Assembly: GCA_963775685.1 (NCBI GenBank)
Contig: CAVZJV010000014.1
Location: 1,952,001 to 2,016,000, forward strand
Source: Candidatus Bathyarchaeota archaeon
GTDB lineage: Archaea > Thermoproteota > Bathyarchaeia > Bathyarchaeales > Bathycorpusculaceae
DNA: 64,000 bases
Direction of reading: 5' to 3'
Below are positions 11,049-22,086 of the stretch, in pieces. Made by a program: the position numbers and the translations under genes. Position 1 is the first letter of the stretch. Each line of letters opens with the position of its first letter. The notes under the pieces are model-generated. The model did not search any database, was not told the DNA's origin, and saw only the letters and a list, made by a program, of their open reading frames with translations.

Positions 11049-11798
11049 ATGTCAATAAACGAAGATACTAGGGCTGCTTTGCGCGAGATGGGTTTAAACG
11101 CCTACGAAATCGACGCCTACATTGTGTTGTTGGAAGAAGGGCAAATGACAGCTATGGAGATAAGTGAATCTGCTCAGGTGCCCTACAGCAAAATGTACGA
11201 GGTCCTAAACTCGCTCAAAGAGAAAGGCTGGATAAAAAACACTGAAAGCCGACCCTTCAAATACTACCCTGTTCCGCCCATAGAAGCAACACGGTTCACT
11301 AAACTTCGACTGGAAGACAAATACTTAAAATGGGAAAATACCGTTTCCGAAAACCTTCAACCTCTATACGAGAAAAGGGAACTTGTCGAACATCCAGACA
11401 TGCTTATACTGCGGGGTCAACAAGCAGTTTTAAGCAAGCTTGAAGAGGTGCTTAAAAAAGCTACAATGGAAATCGTAATTGCAGCACCAGAATTCGCTAA
11501 ACCAGTAATCGCTTTGGCTGAATCCCTGATAGGCAGTGGCTTAAAGAAAACAGTGAGCGTTAAACTCATGGCGGCGGGGAAAAAGGAGGATTGGCTCTTT
11601 CTAAAAAAATTTGGCTTAAATGAACTGCGCTTTCGTGACCATATGTTTGGTGGTGGCGTAATCGCGGACGGTAAAGAAGCAATGCTGTTTCTTGGCGAAG
11701 ACAAACCGACTCTCGTCATCTGGAGTAACCATGTCGGCTTAGTCGGGTTTGCACGCGAGTATTTCCAGTTCCTTTGGGATTCCTCAGCAACAGCATAA
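11049..11798 (+). CDS. TrmB-family transcriptional regulator
   Basis: GLNAYEIDAY..L, VPYSKMYEVLNSLKEKGWI. Confidence 0.9.
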   Translation: MSINEDTRAALREMGLNAYEIDAYIVLLEEGQMTAMEISESAQVPYSKMYEVLNSLKEKGWIKNTESRPFKYYPVPPIEATRFTKLRLEDKYLKWENTVSENLQPLYEKRELVEHPDMLILRGQQAVLSKLEEVLKKATMEIVIAAPEFAKPVIALAESLIGSGLKKTVSVKLMAAGKKEDWLFLKKFGLNELRFRDHMFGGGVIADGKEAMLFLGEDKPTLVIWSNHVGLVGFAREYFQFLWDSSATA

Positions 11799-12113
11799 GC
11801 AAAAAAATGTGTTAAGATTTTCCAAAAAATACCTGTCTGTTAATCTTTACTCTACTTAACGCTTTCCGGACTTCAAATAACCTGTAAAATCCTCACAAAT
11901 CGCTTACCTTGTTTTTCTATCTGTAAGGGATGCGGGAAAGAGTGAGGGTTATTGCCTTTTTGAATAAAAAGGTGGGTAGGTTGCCAATGATTCTTCGGGT
12001 TTGAGTGTCAAAAAATTAATCCGCCTTTAACATTAGGGCAAAAGTCTGAGCTTTATTGTGTAAACTATTGAACAAAAAAGAAGGAAGGGAGAAATGATAA
12101 GTTATGAGCTTAC

Positions 12114-12335
12114 TTACTTTCCCATGATTTTTCTAGCTGCGATTTCTATATCTTCGGCTTTGATTGTTTTTCTTCCAGCATGCATAGCAAAATCGAGGGC
12201 TTCTTTGGCGATTTTTACACCGATTTCTTCTAGTGCCTTTGCGAGTTCTTTTGCTGCTGCTTCGCTTACTCTGTCAGCGCCTGCTTTTTTACATAATCTG
12301 TGCATGGGAGCTACGGCTATTTCTAATTCAGTCAT
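12114..12335 (-). CDS. Archaeal histone
   Basis: [28 protein letters not shown]. Confidence 0.95.
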   Translation of the reverse strand: MTELEIAVAPMHRLCKKAGADRVSEAAAKELAKALEEIGVKIAKEALDFAMHAGRKTIKAEDIEIAARKIMGK

Positions 12336-12483
12336 ATCGACATCTCTTTAGCTTCTTTTTCTCTTTAAGGCAATATTTAACCTTTGTTATTGTTTTTTTC
12401 TTTAAATCACCCTTGACTCCTAACTTGGTTGCAGCAAAGAAACAATATAAAACCCTCAAGCATGCATATAGCGCTGAGCAAAG

Positions 12484-13257
12484 ATGAAACTAATAGACGC
12501 GCACATCCATCTCTCAGATACAGAATACATCGGACATACCGATGACCTGATAGCGGATGCAAAAAACGCAGGTGTAACCGCCTTGGTAACTAATTCAATG
12601 GATCTAAGAACCTGCCAAAACGATATCAAACTAGCCGAAAAATATCCAAATCTCGTTTATCCCGCTTTGGGTATTCACCCATGGAACGTAAATGTCCTCA
12701 AAGAAAACGAGTTCCAAGAAACAATTGAATTCATTCAAAAACAAAAAGGCGTTGTCAAAGCCATAGGCGAAATAGGCTTAGACTACAAGTACGAAACTAT
12801 ATGGGAAAAACAGACAATAGTCTTTGACAAGATGCTTCGGCTTGCCGAAACTCTCCAGCTCCCTGTGATCATTCATTCCCGTGGAACAACAGACAAAATC
12901 GTCGAAATACTTCCGTCCTACAAACTCAAAAGTGTATTACTGCACTGGTTTAGCCATCCAATGAGTGCGCTCGCTAAAGCCATAGATAATGGCTATTTCA
13001 TTACTGAAGGTCCACCAGTAACCTACTCCAACGGCATCCGCGAAGTCGTAGACAAAACCCCCATAACTCACCTGTTAACCGAAACTGATGGTCCGGTAAC
13101 ATATTGGAAGCAACCTTACAATGGGCAATTAACTAAGCCATCATACATACGTAATGTTGTTGAGGCAGTAGCTGAAATCAAAAAAATGCAGGTGGAAGAA
13201 GTTGCCCAACAAATAATCATGAACTTTGAAGCTTTCTTTAACATAAAAATCCAATGA
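12484..13257 (+). CDS. tatD: TatD-family nuclease
   Basis: DAHIH, GIHPW, IGEIGLD, IHSR, ETDGP. Confidence 0.95.
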   Translation: MKLIDAHIHLSDTEYIGHTDDLIADAKNAGVTALVTNSMDLRTCQNDIKLAEKYPNLVYPALGIHPWNVNVLKENEFQETIEFIQKQKGVVKAIGEIGLDYKYETIWEKQTIVFDKMLRLAETLQLPVIIHSRGTTDKIVEILPSYKLKSVLLHWFSHPMSALAKAIDNGYFITEGPPVTYSNGIREVVDKTPITHLLTETDGPVTYWKQPYNGQLTKPSYIRNVVEAVAEIKKMQVEEVAQQIIMNFEAFFNIKIQ

Positions 13258-13414
13258 GTTGCTTCACTTTTTCTTAAAACTTCATCTCAGAATTTATCGG
13301 TCAATTAATTCCCAGCTTTAAGGCGTAAACTTAAATTAACCCACTCATCTATTGAGAGGTGCTCCTGCGTTTTTAAACGTCGGAGAAAAATCTGTAAATT
13401 CGGAGGAATACTAA

Positions 13415-13654
13415 TTGGGAAAAGTAAAGACTGATCAGGTAAAAAAGCTGGGCAGAGAACTGATGAGGCAGTTTCCAAGCAAATTCAACAATAGCTTTGA
13501 AGAAAACAAACATTCAGTTGATGCATTAACAAAAGGAACAACCACGCGCATAAGAAACCAAACGGCAGGATACATAACGCGTACCATTGCGTTATCTCAA
13601 GCTAGCTCAGCAGATGAATCTGATCTCGAAGAACAAGAAGAAATGGCAGAGTAA
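13415..13654 (+). CDS. rps17e: 30S ribosomal protein S17e
   Basis: MGKVKT..VKK, F.ENK, RNQTAGYITR. Confidence 0.93.
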   Translation: MGKVKTDQVKKLGRELMRQFPSKFNNSFEENKHSVDALTKGTTTRIRNQTAGYITRTIALSQASSADESDLEEQEEMAE

Positions 13655-13671
13655 GTCTGGAAAGAAACTAC

Positions 13672-14052
13672 ATGATGGATGATTACAGAAAAGGTTGGGC
13701 CTTACGATACCTTCGTGAAGCCAAAGCAGAATTGCAAGCAGCACGAAAAATACCATACATGGCGCCAGGTCTAGTTGTGGAAGCCATCAGAAAAGCCAGA
13801 AACGCCATTTACTATAGCCTTGGCGAACCTGCCTTTATAGAAATACTCATCCGTGAAGAGGTAACAAAAAACCCCGCCACCAACGATTCTGTCTTAAAAT
13901 TTTTAATCGAGATTGAGACAATTGTTCAGCAAATTTCGCAGTTAGAAGAGGTTAACAGTGACGCAATGATGAAACAGGCAGATTCAATCGTTGACATCGC
14001 AACTGACATCGTTGAAACTCTAACGCAAGAAAAACTTGAAACTTTCAGCTAA
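13672..14052 (+). CDS. Hypothetical helical protein (HEPN-like)
   Basis: YLREAKAELQAA N-terminal helix pattern. Confidence 0.6.
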   Translation: MMDDYRKGWALRYLREAKAELQAARKIPYMAPGLVVEAIRKARNAIYYSLGEPAFIEILIREEVTKNPATNDSVLKFLIEIETIVQQISQLEEVNSDAMMKQADSIVDIATDIVETLTQEKLETFS

Positions 14053-14081
14053 TTTTTAGTAACCCTACCCTATTCTATTAA

Positions 14082-14381
14082 TTGAGTGAGGAACTGGTGC
14101 CTTTAACTGTAAAATTCATCGGTGCGCTACGTCACCTTTCTGGAAAAACACAATTCACCATCTTGTTCCAAGACAGCATCTCTATAAAAAAATTAATCGA
14201 CAAAATCAGCCAAGAAATACCAGAGTTAAAGCATACATTCAGTGACCAAGAACTCAACGATTCAAGGTCAAATTCACTAATACTTGTTAACGGTAGGGAA
14301 ATCAGTGTTTTAAACGGATATGAAACAAAACTGGATGATGGAGACGAAATCGTTTTTGTTCCAGTTGTGCATGGCGGTTAA
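14082..14381 (+). CDS. MoaD/ThiS/SAMP ubiquitin-like sulfur carrier
   Basis: ILVNGRE, DGDEIVFVPVVHGG with C-terminal GG. Confidence 0.93.
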   Translation: MSEELVPLTVKFIGALRHLSGKTQFTILFQDSISIKKLIDKISQEIPELKHTFSDQELNDSRSNSLILVNGREISVLNGYETKLDDGDEIVFVPVVHGG

Positions 14382-14387
14382 GAATCT

Positions 14388-15161
14388 ATGATTACTTTGA
14401 CTAGTGATTTTGGGTTAAAAGACCCTTATGTTGCTGAGATGAAAGGGGTCATCTTAACCATAAACCCGAATGCCACCATGGTCGACGTAACTCATGGGGT
14501 TGAGAAATTCAATATTCGAATGGGCGCTTTCATGTTAGCTTCTGCGGCGACATGCTTCCCAAAAGGCGCAGTACATTTAGCAGTTGTGGACCCGACCGTG
14601 GGAACCAAAAGACGCTGCATTTTAGTGCAGACTACGCAGGGCTTTTTTGTCGGACCAGACAACGGTGTTTTGATGTTAGCTGCCCAAAACCTTGGAATCG
14701 AACAAGTATATGAGCTAACGAATCCAAAGTTTATGCTGCCAAATGTTTCCAGCACTTTTCATGGACGGGATGTGTTTGCGCCTGTAGCCGCGCACTTGGA
14801 TTTAGGAGTGCCCCCCGACGCGCTTGGACCCGAAATAAACGATCCAGTCCTTCCTGAGTTTGCGAATATAAAACAAATAAGTAGCACCTTTGTCGGCGAA
14901 GTCCTGAATGTAGACGATTTCGGCAACATAATCACAAACATAAGCCAAAAAGAAATGGCTCAAGCCAACTTGATCAACATAAAATTCCAAAATCTTTCGT
15001 TAAACCTCGCTTTAGGCAAAACCTACGCGCAAGCCAAACTAAATGAACCCATAGCCTTGATAGGTGGTCATGGCTTTTTGGAAATAGGCTTAAACCAGGC
15101 GAGCGCAGCCGAAAAATACAGTGTGAACGCTGGAGATGACGTCGAAGTTACGCCAGAATAG
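14388..15161 (+). CDS. SAM hydroxide adenosyltransferase / halogenase family (DUF62)
   Basis: ITLTSDFG..D.YV, VVDP.VG, GPDNG, STFHGRDVFAP, DDFGN. Confidence 0.93.
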   Translation: MITLTSDFGLKDPYVAEMKGVILTINPNATMVDVTHGVEKFNIRMGAFMLASAATCFPKGAVHLAVVDPTVGTKRRCILVQTTQGFFVGPDNGVLMLAAQNLGIEQVYELTNPKFMLPNVSSTFHGRDVFAPVAAHLDLGVPPDALGPEINDPVLPEFANIKQISSTFVGEVLNVDDFGNIITNISQKEMAQANLINIKFQNLSLNLALGKTYAQAKLNEPIALIGGHGFLEIGLNQASAAEKYSVNAGDDVEVTPE

Positions 15162-15170
15162 GCAAGAGCG

Positions 15171-16154
15171 TTAAATTTTTATTTTTTCCACGACTTTCTC
15201 GATGACATCAACGGGGTTCTCTAACTCTGCGAGTTTCTCTTTTACGTAAAACCTTTTGCCCAAGTACTTCTTGGCATACCCAAGCATTCTTTGCTCAGTT
15301 GTGATGAACAACGGAAAACCTTTCTGCACTAAATACTTGTTGACGTAAGTCTTTGCCATGTCAGAGATTGCGATGCTTGGAACACCTTGCAATGCAGCTT
15401 CCCTCGCTATAGTTCCGCCATAACTAACAACTAAATCAGCGTTTGCCACGAGATTCGCTGAGTCCACAAAGCCTTCCTTTACCTGGAATACTTTTCCTTC
15501 TTCATTGTATCGTTTAATGAGATATACGTTTCCCATTTTTCCAAGTTTTTCTGCAATAATTTTCGTGAGGTCTCTTTTACCTTGAGCGTATGCTGCTTTT
15601 GCTTCGATTTGCCTAACGACAATCAAGGGCTTTTTTACACCTTCGATTTTGGTTGGCTTGAAATCTTTTATCCAAGCAACTTCATCCACACTTTTGAAGG
15701 ACACAACTTTTTTGGCGCAATTTTTTCTGGTGAAACTTTTCGGTAGCGCTTCTGATATCACTAAAATATTTGCAAAAGGTATGGTTAATTTGTTTACGGC
15801 GTAAGCGTATGGTGTGTCAGCGGTTAGTATTATGGGAATCCCTAAACCAAAGGCGGTGCGGCAAAGTTCAACAGATTGATGGGCTATGGCTATGTTTGGT
15901 TTGTTGTCTTTGAAGAGTTTTGCGAATTCTATTATGCGTTTAGCGCTTTCTTCAAGCCTTGAAGTTAGGGTGAAGGGGTTGTATTTGCCCACAACGAGAG
16001 GTTTTTCTCCTAAAATTCGAGCGAGCGGTAATGTATCTGGGTGTTCTCTCGTTGTGAAAACGAATTCATGCCCAGATTTTCTTAGGCGTTGTGCTATAGT
16101 AATTGCATAGCGGACTTGTTTGCCTGTGCAAGCATCATACCAAACCTTCATCAC
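15171..16154 (-). CDS. DUF354 glycosyltransferase-fold protein
   Basis: KVWYDACTGKQ, GGTIAREAALQGVP. Confidence 0.85.
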   Translation of the reverse strand: MMKVWYDACTGKQVRYAITIAQRLRKSGHEFVFTTREHPDTLPLARILGEKPLVVGKYNPFTLTSRLEESAKRIIEFAKLFKDNKPNIAIAHQSVELCRTAFGLGIPIILTADTPYAYAVNKLTIPFANILVISEALPKSFTRKNCAKKVVSFKSVDEVAWIKDFKPTKIEGVKKPLIVVRQIEAKAAYAQGKRDLTKIIAEKLGKMGNVYLIKRYNEEGKVFQVKEGFVDSANLVANADLVVSYGGTIAREAALQGVPSIAISDMAKTYVNKYLVQKGFPLFITTEQRMLGYAKKYLGKRFYVKEKLAELENPVDVIEKVVEKIKI

Positions 16155-16657
16155 TTCACCCTTTGTTGGGCAAGGAAAGCCTCACGTTTAGCTTCAAACT
16201 GCTCAAGAGTCATAACTACTTTGGCTGGGCAACCAGCAACTACTGTTCTTGGCGCGACATCTTTAACGACTACGCTTCCTCCGCCAACGACTGCTTTTTC
16301 TCCAACGGTTACACCAGGCAAAATTGTGACTCCTCCACCTATTGCCGCGTGGTCTTTAATAATTGGTGAGGTCAAAAAGCTACTTTTTGGATACTTGTCA
16401 TTTAGTAGGCTGCTGTTTGGGGCGATAAAGACATTGTCGCCAAGTACGCAGCCGTTTGAGATAGTTACGTGTGCTTGGATGTTACAATTTTTGCCTATAG
16501 TAACGTTTTTACCTAAATCAACAAAGCTTCCGATTAAGGTACCGTCACCGATTTTTGAGGCGTCACCAATAACGACGTAGTTCCAGATGGAAACATCTTT
16601 GCCTATTTCCACGTTGACGCCTGCAACTATGCCGGTGCCTTTCCTTGAATTCTGCAT
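16151..16657 (-). CDS. Hexapeptide-repeat sugar acetyltransferase
   Basis: Left-handed beta-helix repeats, NDKYP, VAGCPAK; start reassigned to 16657. Confidence 0.9.
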   Translation of the reverse strand: MQNSRKGTGIVAGVNVEIGKDVSIWNYVVIGDASKIGDGTLIGSFVDLGKNVTIGKNCNIQAHVTISNGCVLGDNVFIAPNSSLLNDKYPKSSFLTSPIIKDHAAIGGGVTILPGVTVGEKAVVGGGSVVVKDVAPRTVVAGCPAKVVMTLEQFEAKREAFLAQQRVK

Positions 16658-16727
16658 GCTTCTCTTTCGGGCTCCAACTTTAAATAGTTTAACCTTAACT
16701 TGACTTTCCGTTGACGGAGGCAGAAGG

Positions 16728-17621
16728 TTGGCTAAAGAAATAGTTCTAATTATTGGTTTAGGCGAAATTGGACACGCACTATTCGCTTTGTACAACGGAG
16801 CTAAAGAGAAATTCGCCGTTTATGGCTTAGACATAGACCAACAGAAAATGGAGATGTTGGGTCAAAGCAAAGACAAGGTTCCACCTAAAGTTGATACTTT
16901 GCAGGTTTGTCTTCCATGCGGCAGCCCGGGGAAATTCGTCGACATAATCAAAGGTTACGTTGAACATTACAAGCCCAAACTCGCAATCATTGACAGCACT
17001 GTTCCACCGGGAACCACCCTCAAAGTCGCCGCATCTTGCAAATGCCTCGTTGCCCATTCCCCTGCTCGAGGTGTCCACATAAATGCCGAACATATGATTT
17101 GGGAAATGAAGCGCTGGACCAAATATGTCGGCGGCGCAGACGTAGCAGCCTCAAGAGCTGCTGAGCTCCATTACCAGAAACTTGGTCTAAAAGTCAAAGC
17201 TCTCAAAAGTTGCCGAGAAACTGAACTTGCCAAGCTCTTTGAAACCACTTACCGCGCTTGGATGATCGTTTGCTTCCAAGAAATGCACCGGATCTCAAGG
17301 GCTTTTGATGCTGATTTCAACGAAGCCGTAGATTTCCTCGAGGACACTCATAAACAGCGTTTTGACAGGCCAATTATGTTTCCTGGAGTCATTGGCGGTC
17401 ACTGCCTTATTTCCAACACAGAACTGCTGCTCAAAAGCTTCAACTCGGACATGTTGCGCTTAATTTTAGAATCTAACGAAAAACGTAAAGAAGAAATCAA
17501 GGATTCATCAGTCAAAGCTGAAGCAAAAAAGATTGCGACAAGAGCAATAGCATTGGAGAAGCTGCTTGCGGGACCAAAAAATGTGGTTTTAGACGAGAAA
17601 TCGTCACCGGAATTTACTTAA
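16728..17621 (+). CDS. Short UDP-glucose/GDP-mannose dehydrogenase family protein
   Basis: GLGEIG, STVPPGTT, ELAKLFETTYR, IGGHCL; no C-terminal UDP-binding domain. Confidence 0.85.
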   Translation: MAKEIVLIIGLGEIGHALFALYNGAKEKFAVYGLDIDQQKMEMLGQSKDKVPPKVDTLQVCLPCGSPGKFVDIIKGYVEHYKPKLAIIDSTVPPGTTLKVAASCKCLVAHSPARGVHINAEHMIWEMKRWTKYVGGADVAASRAAELHYQKLGLKVKALKSCRETELAKLFETTYRAWMIVCFQEMHRISRAFDADFNEAVDFLEDTHKQRFDRPIMFPGVIGGHCLISNTELLLKSFNSDMLRLILESNEKRKEEIKDSSVKAEAKKIATRAIALEKLLAGPKNVVLDEKSSPEFT

Positions 17622-17738
17622 ACTCTTAAAGAAGTCGCAGTCTCTTATCGTGCTAATCCTCCCTCTTAATTAAAGAGGCAAAAGGGCAACCTATTCAGTG
17701 CCTTCCTCTGAGGTTCTATAGGATATAAAAGATGCTTG

Positions 17739-18524
17739 TTACAGTTTTTCAACAACTAATTCTTTTGCAAAGCCCGCCAAGAATTCAACATTTAACTTAG
17801 TTAGATACAAAAATGTCTTAGCGCTCAAGTTGCTCAATGCCGCAAATGGGGTAAAAATGAATCTCGCAAACATTCTGCGTGCCAGCTTGTAGAGTCCAAA
17901 GTGGCCATACCGCCTATAGGAAATGCCGATGATCACATAGTTTTTTGAGGTTCCCAGATGTGTTGCACCTAAAAATGGCAAAACCTTCCATTTGTACCCA
18001 GTTTTCTGTACGTAGCGTTTGAAGTATTGGTCCTCTCCAAAAAACAGCTTTGGAGGGTTGTAGTTTTCCATGAGTTTGCGGCGGATAATAATGTTGTTGA
18101 TGTGCGGGTTTGTATCTAATTTACTTAGGTTATATATGGTGCCGACAACGCGTTCGTATGCTGCGGCATGTCTATTCTTATGAACTGCTACGGTACCAAT
18201 CGCGCCAACGTTAGGTTCAATTGATTTGGTGATGGTTTGGAGCCAGTTGTCAGGTAGAAGCATGTCGTCATCAACCATGGCCACCCACTCGGTCTGGGCT
18301 TGCAAGACCCCTTTTTTACGTGCGATGCTGAGTGGTTTCTCATGCGTGTTGATGATTTGTCCTGCGTACGGCATATGCTCAAGGATTCGCATCAAGGTTG
18401 GGTTGGGTTCCTCTCTTGAAGGAACAACAAAATCGACTTTGATGATATCATCTGAGCATGAAGGCATAGATGCATAATGTTTCTTAGGAAGATAAAAAGA
18501 TTTATAGGGGAAAACTTTTACCAA
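17739..18524 (-). CDS. Glycosyltransferase family 2
   Basis: WVAMVDDDM DxD motif, GED. Confidence 0.85.
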   Translation of the reverse strand: MVKVFPYKSFYLPKKHYASMPSCSDDIIKVDFVVPSREEPNPTLMRILEHMPYAGQIINTHEKPLSIARKKGVLQAQTEWVAMVDDDMLLPDNWLQTITKSIEPNVGAIGTVAVHKNRHAAAYERVVGTIYNLSKLDTNPHINNIIIRRKLMENYNPPKLFFGEDQYFKRYVQKTGYKWKVLPFLGATHLGTSKNYVIIGISYRRYGHFGLYKLARRMFARFIFTPFAALSNLSAKTFLYLTKLNVEFLAGFAKELVVEKL

Positions 18525-18546
18525 AAGTGACTCAAAAAAAGGAAAA

Positions 18547-19950
18547 CTACATGTTTAAGATTTTGACGGCTTTCTGGGCTGCGCGTTTGTAACTTTTTTT
18601 GGTTATCATACCTTTCTGAATACCGTTGAGGAGTTGCAGTATCATGCCTTGCTTAACGTGTTCCACCATTTGCTGCTCACTAATTTCTGGGAGGCGCATA
18701 CAGTTACCGATTTTTACGTTATAGCTGGCGACGTCAAACTTTTTAGCTATGTCGTAGAGTTTTGAGCCGATGATGGGGTTAGTGATGGACCAAGAAATGT
18801 ACTCAATTAGGTCATCTCTAAGGCATGTTCTTGCAAACTCTAAAGTGTTGTTAACTTCTTGGGGGGTTTCGTATTCGAGTTTTCCCTTTGTCTCCCACGC
18901 ATTATAGAGCATCAGAAATCCGTAGACTTTGATGTGGTGCTTCTTTAGCAACTCAAGGGTGCGTATGTTGTCGGCTTGGGTTACGTTTTTGCCTATTCCT
19001 TTAAGCACCCGGTCGTTGGCGGACTCAAGGCCGATGTGAACAAGCCAAACGTGGATGTCATGAAGTCTTTGGACTAATTTATCATTTAATTTGTCTGCTC
19101 GCAGGTTGCATTGAAACGTCATACCTTTGAGGTGGAGTTTTTCTATTTCGCTGCAGACTTCAAAGCACCATTTAATGTCAACGTTAAATGTATCTGAGCG
19201 CAGATAGATTTCCCGTATCCCTCTGCTGAAGAGATAACGGATTTCTTCGGCGATGTTTTTGGGTGAACGCTGGCGTATCCAGGGCTTTTCAAGTTTCCAA
19301 ACAGGGTTGGAGCAGTAAGTGCAATAGTTGGGGCATCCGCGGATTGGCAGCAGATATGCCATGCGTTTCTTTTTGCTTACGGCAATGTCGTAGTTTTTGA
19401 AATCTACTATATCCCAGGCGGGGAAGAAATCGATGTCTTTTAGGAGTGGTCGAATGCCATTATTTTTTTGTCTATTAACGGTTCCGACAACATCGGTTGT
19501 TGGTTGGTTGTCTTGGACTTTTTTGAGTAATTCAGCTGTTGTTTCTTCGCCTTCACCCACTATGCAGACGTCAATTGGGGTGTTTTTGAGGACGTCTTGG
19601 GGGTCGATGGTTGGGTGGGGGCCACCGGCAACCATAAACATATTCAAACCCAAATTTTTTACCTTAGCAATCGTTTCAAAGGACAATTCTCTTCTGGGTG
19701 TTGTGAAGGATATTGCGTAAAGGTCAGGTTTGATTTTCTTGACTTTTTCAAGATGCTCTTCCATGGAGAGGAACGGTTCAAGATACGTGAATTCAACATT
19801 TGGCAAACGGGGTTTAGCATACCCTATGATGTATAGAATACCTAGGTTTGGCGACTCCGTCACGGCTTCACCTTTTGATTCGCGACCAAAGGGTGGGTCA
19901 GCAAATACAACCTTAAGCTTCTTTTGTGGTACCATTTTGTTTTGTTTCAC
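18547..19950 (-). CDS. Cobalamin-binding radical SAM protein
   Basis: GGPHPT, GEGEET, RGCPNYCTYC, GLESA. Confidence 0.92.
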   Translation of the reverse strand: MKQNKMVPQKKLKVVFADPPFGRESKGEAVTESPNLGILYIIGYAKPRLPNVEFTYLEPFLSMEEHLEKVKKIKPDLYAISFTTPRRELSFETIAKVKNLGLNMFMVAGGPHPTIDPQDVLKNTPIDVCIVGEGEETTAELLKKVQDNQPTTDVVGTVNRQKNNGIRPLLKDIDFFPAWDIVDFKNYDIAVSKKKRMAYLLPIRGCPNYCTYCSNPVWKLEKPWIRQRSPKNIAEEIRYLFSRGIREIYLRSDTFNVDIKWCFEVCSEIEKLHLKGMTFQCNLRADKLNDKLVQRLHDIHVWLVHIGLESANDRVLKGIGKNVTQADNIRTLELLKKHHIKVYGFLMLYNAWETKGKLEYETPQEVNNTLEFARTCLRDDLIEYISWSITNPIIGSKLYDIAKKFDVASYNVKIGNCMRLPEISEQQMVEHVKQGMILQLLNGIQKGMITKKSYKRAAQKAVKILNM

Positions 19951-20041
19951 CTATTTGCCATCTACTATTCACTTTCCGAGCGGGCGTATATATTTTGTTA
20001 CCTGAACACCCTTGTGGCAAAGCCCGGTTTTCCTGTGAAGG

Positions 20042-21232
20042 GTGTTTCAAGTAAACTTCATAAACAGCTATAAGAAATGTACACTAACCAGAGGCATAAC
20101 TGAGTTGGCAACCTACCTTGTAGTTCACCCATACCTCGACATCTACGGCGGCGGCGAACGTGTCTGCCACAACGTAATCAAGGCGCTGGTTGCAAATGGC
20201 CAAAATGTTGAGTTGTTGACTTTTGATTTTGACGGTGCCAGATACCGAGACATTGTTGGCGAAGAGTTTCCAAAGGAAGTTGTCGTTCACTCTTTGGGCA
20301 AACGTATTGAAGTTAAGCCACCCTTTACGATTTACAAGAGACACCGCAACTTCGTTAAGTTGCTAAAAAAATTCCGTGACCAGTTAAACTATGATTACCT
20401 GTTTTCGACCCAATCATCCTCTCCGTTTGAACCTGTCTTTCTCAACAAAGCCAAAAAAAACATTGCCTACGTTCACTTCCCCGAAATCCACTATGACTAC
20501 GCAAGAGGTACGTTCAAAAGAAAACTGTACCTTTGGCTGTTTAAGCACTGGGTGGAGCAGGGCATAGACAAGTTAGACTTAGTGTTCTGTAACAGTAACT
20601 ACACCAAAAAAGCAATCGAACGCTACTGGAAAAGCCACGGCGTAAAAGATCCCATTGTTGTCTATCCACCTGTTAACCTTGACAAATTCTGGTCGGATAA
20701 ACTGTTGGCAAAACGCAGTAAACGGGTTATCTACATTGCTCGTTTTATTCCAGTGAAAAGACACGAAATAATGAAAAAATTAGCAACTGACTTACCAGCT
20801 TATGAGTTTGTAAGCGTTGGTGGGTTAATCGATGCTGAGAAAGAATGGTTCAACAATTTCTCAGCGGATCTTCCACCGAACTATAAAATTAAAACCAACT
20901 TGCCTGGGTCCGAACTGCTTGAAGTTCTTCATGATTCCCGAATCTACGTTCATTTGATGGAGAGAGAACACTTCGGCATAGCTCCCGTTGAAGGCTTAGC
21001 AAGCGGATGCGTAACATTGGTTCATAACAGCGGGGGCATGAAGGAATTCATCCCTGAAGAGTTCAGATGGGACAACTATTATGACTTAAAAGAAAAAATC
21101 GATAGGTATATGCAAACGGGTGAAGACACCAAATGGCGTCCCAAACGTGAGCAACTGTGGAGGAAGATTTCGATGCTAACGCCTCAAACTTTCCAAGACA
21201 GAATATGGTCTGAACTTCAAACTATACCCTAA
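20042..21232 (+). CDS. Glycosyltransferase family 4 (ALG11-like)
   Basis: GGGERV, NSNYT, EHFGIAPVEGLASG; true start probably about 20105. Confidence 0.92.
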   Translation: MFQVNFINSYKKCTLTRGITELATYLVVHPYLDIYGGGERVCHNVIKALVANGQNVELLTFDFDGARYRDIVGEEFPKEVVVHSLGKRIEVKPPFTIYKRHRNFVKLLKKFRDQLNYDYLFSTQSSSPFEPVFLNKAKKNIAYVHFPEIHYDYARGTFKRKLYLWLFKHWVEQGIDKLDLVFCNSNYTKKAIERYWKSHGVKDPIVVYPPVNLDKFWSDKLLAKRSKRVIYIARFIPVKRHEIMKKLATDLPAYEFVSVGGLIDAEKEWFNNFSADLPPNYKIKTNLPGSELLEVLHDSRIYVHLMEREHFGIAPVEGLASGCVTLVHNSGGMKEFIPEEFRWDNYYDLKEKIDRYMQTGEDTKWRPKREQLWRKISMLTPQTFQDRIWSELQTIP

Positions 21233-22086
21233 GTCTGCACGTAAGTGGCTCACAAGCGAATAACTGGCGATTCTGATAATTAATGCCCAAAAAAAATTTT
21301 GACGCTAAACTTATCAACATAGATTGTATTTTGATGGTTTCGTTTACTATAACGTCAATGAAGAGAAATATGAATTGATTGCTAAATTAGTGTACTTATA
21401 ACATTTTTAAACAAGGCACGGCTTAATCTGGACAGCAACTTACATAAGTTTTGGATCTTACAAACCGCCTGGTCAATAGCGCCACACTACATCATACGAA
21501 ACAACTCTTAAAATCGGGATATAAAAAAACGCTAAAATATGCCCCCTATTTGTAGATTGACTATCATAATGATTTTATGATTAAGGAACAGATGCAGGAG
21601 AGTTCCTGTTGAAGTCAAATGCGGTTTTTTCAGAACAAAAGCGCATTCACCTTATAAAAATTGAAAGAGGCGCCTATCCAATCCGAAAATTCGGAATAAA
21701 AAAAGAATAGACAAAATGATTTCAGTTCTTTCTTTTGGTGAGTGGGGAAAAGCGATCGATTCATGATGAGGAATTATCAATAATACCTGAGTCCCGTAGT
21801 TTTTATGCTTTTCAATAAGAGCTATTACGGTGTGGCTCTTCGCTCATTAAGGTTTTAGACGATCAAACCAAGTTCCAAATAATCAATTTAGGGCAAGTCG
21901 CCCTCGACTTAAATGGCGAATTCGCAAGGTTGCTCTCTTTTGAACTTTAACTTGAATTGGTTTAGTCTTTCATCTTCCTCTGACTAAAAAGTCAAGATTC
22001 AGGGTTAAATATATACGGTCGAACACGAATTACTTCACCATCAAAACCTCATAAGGAACAAAATTAAACAACTCGGATATGGTTTC

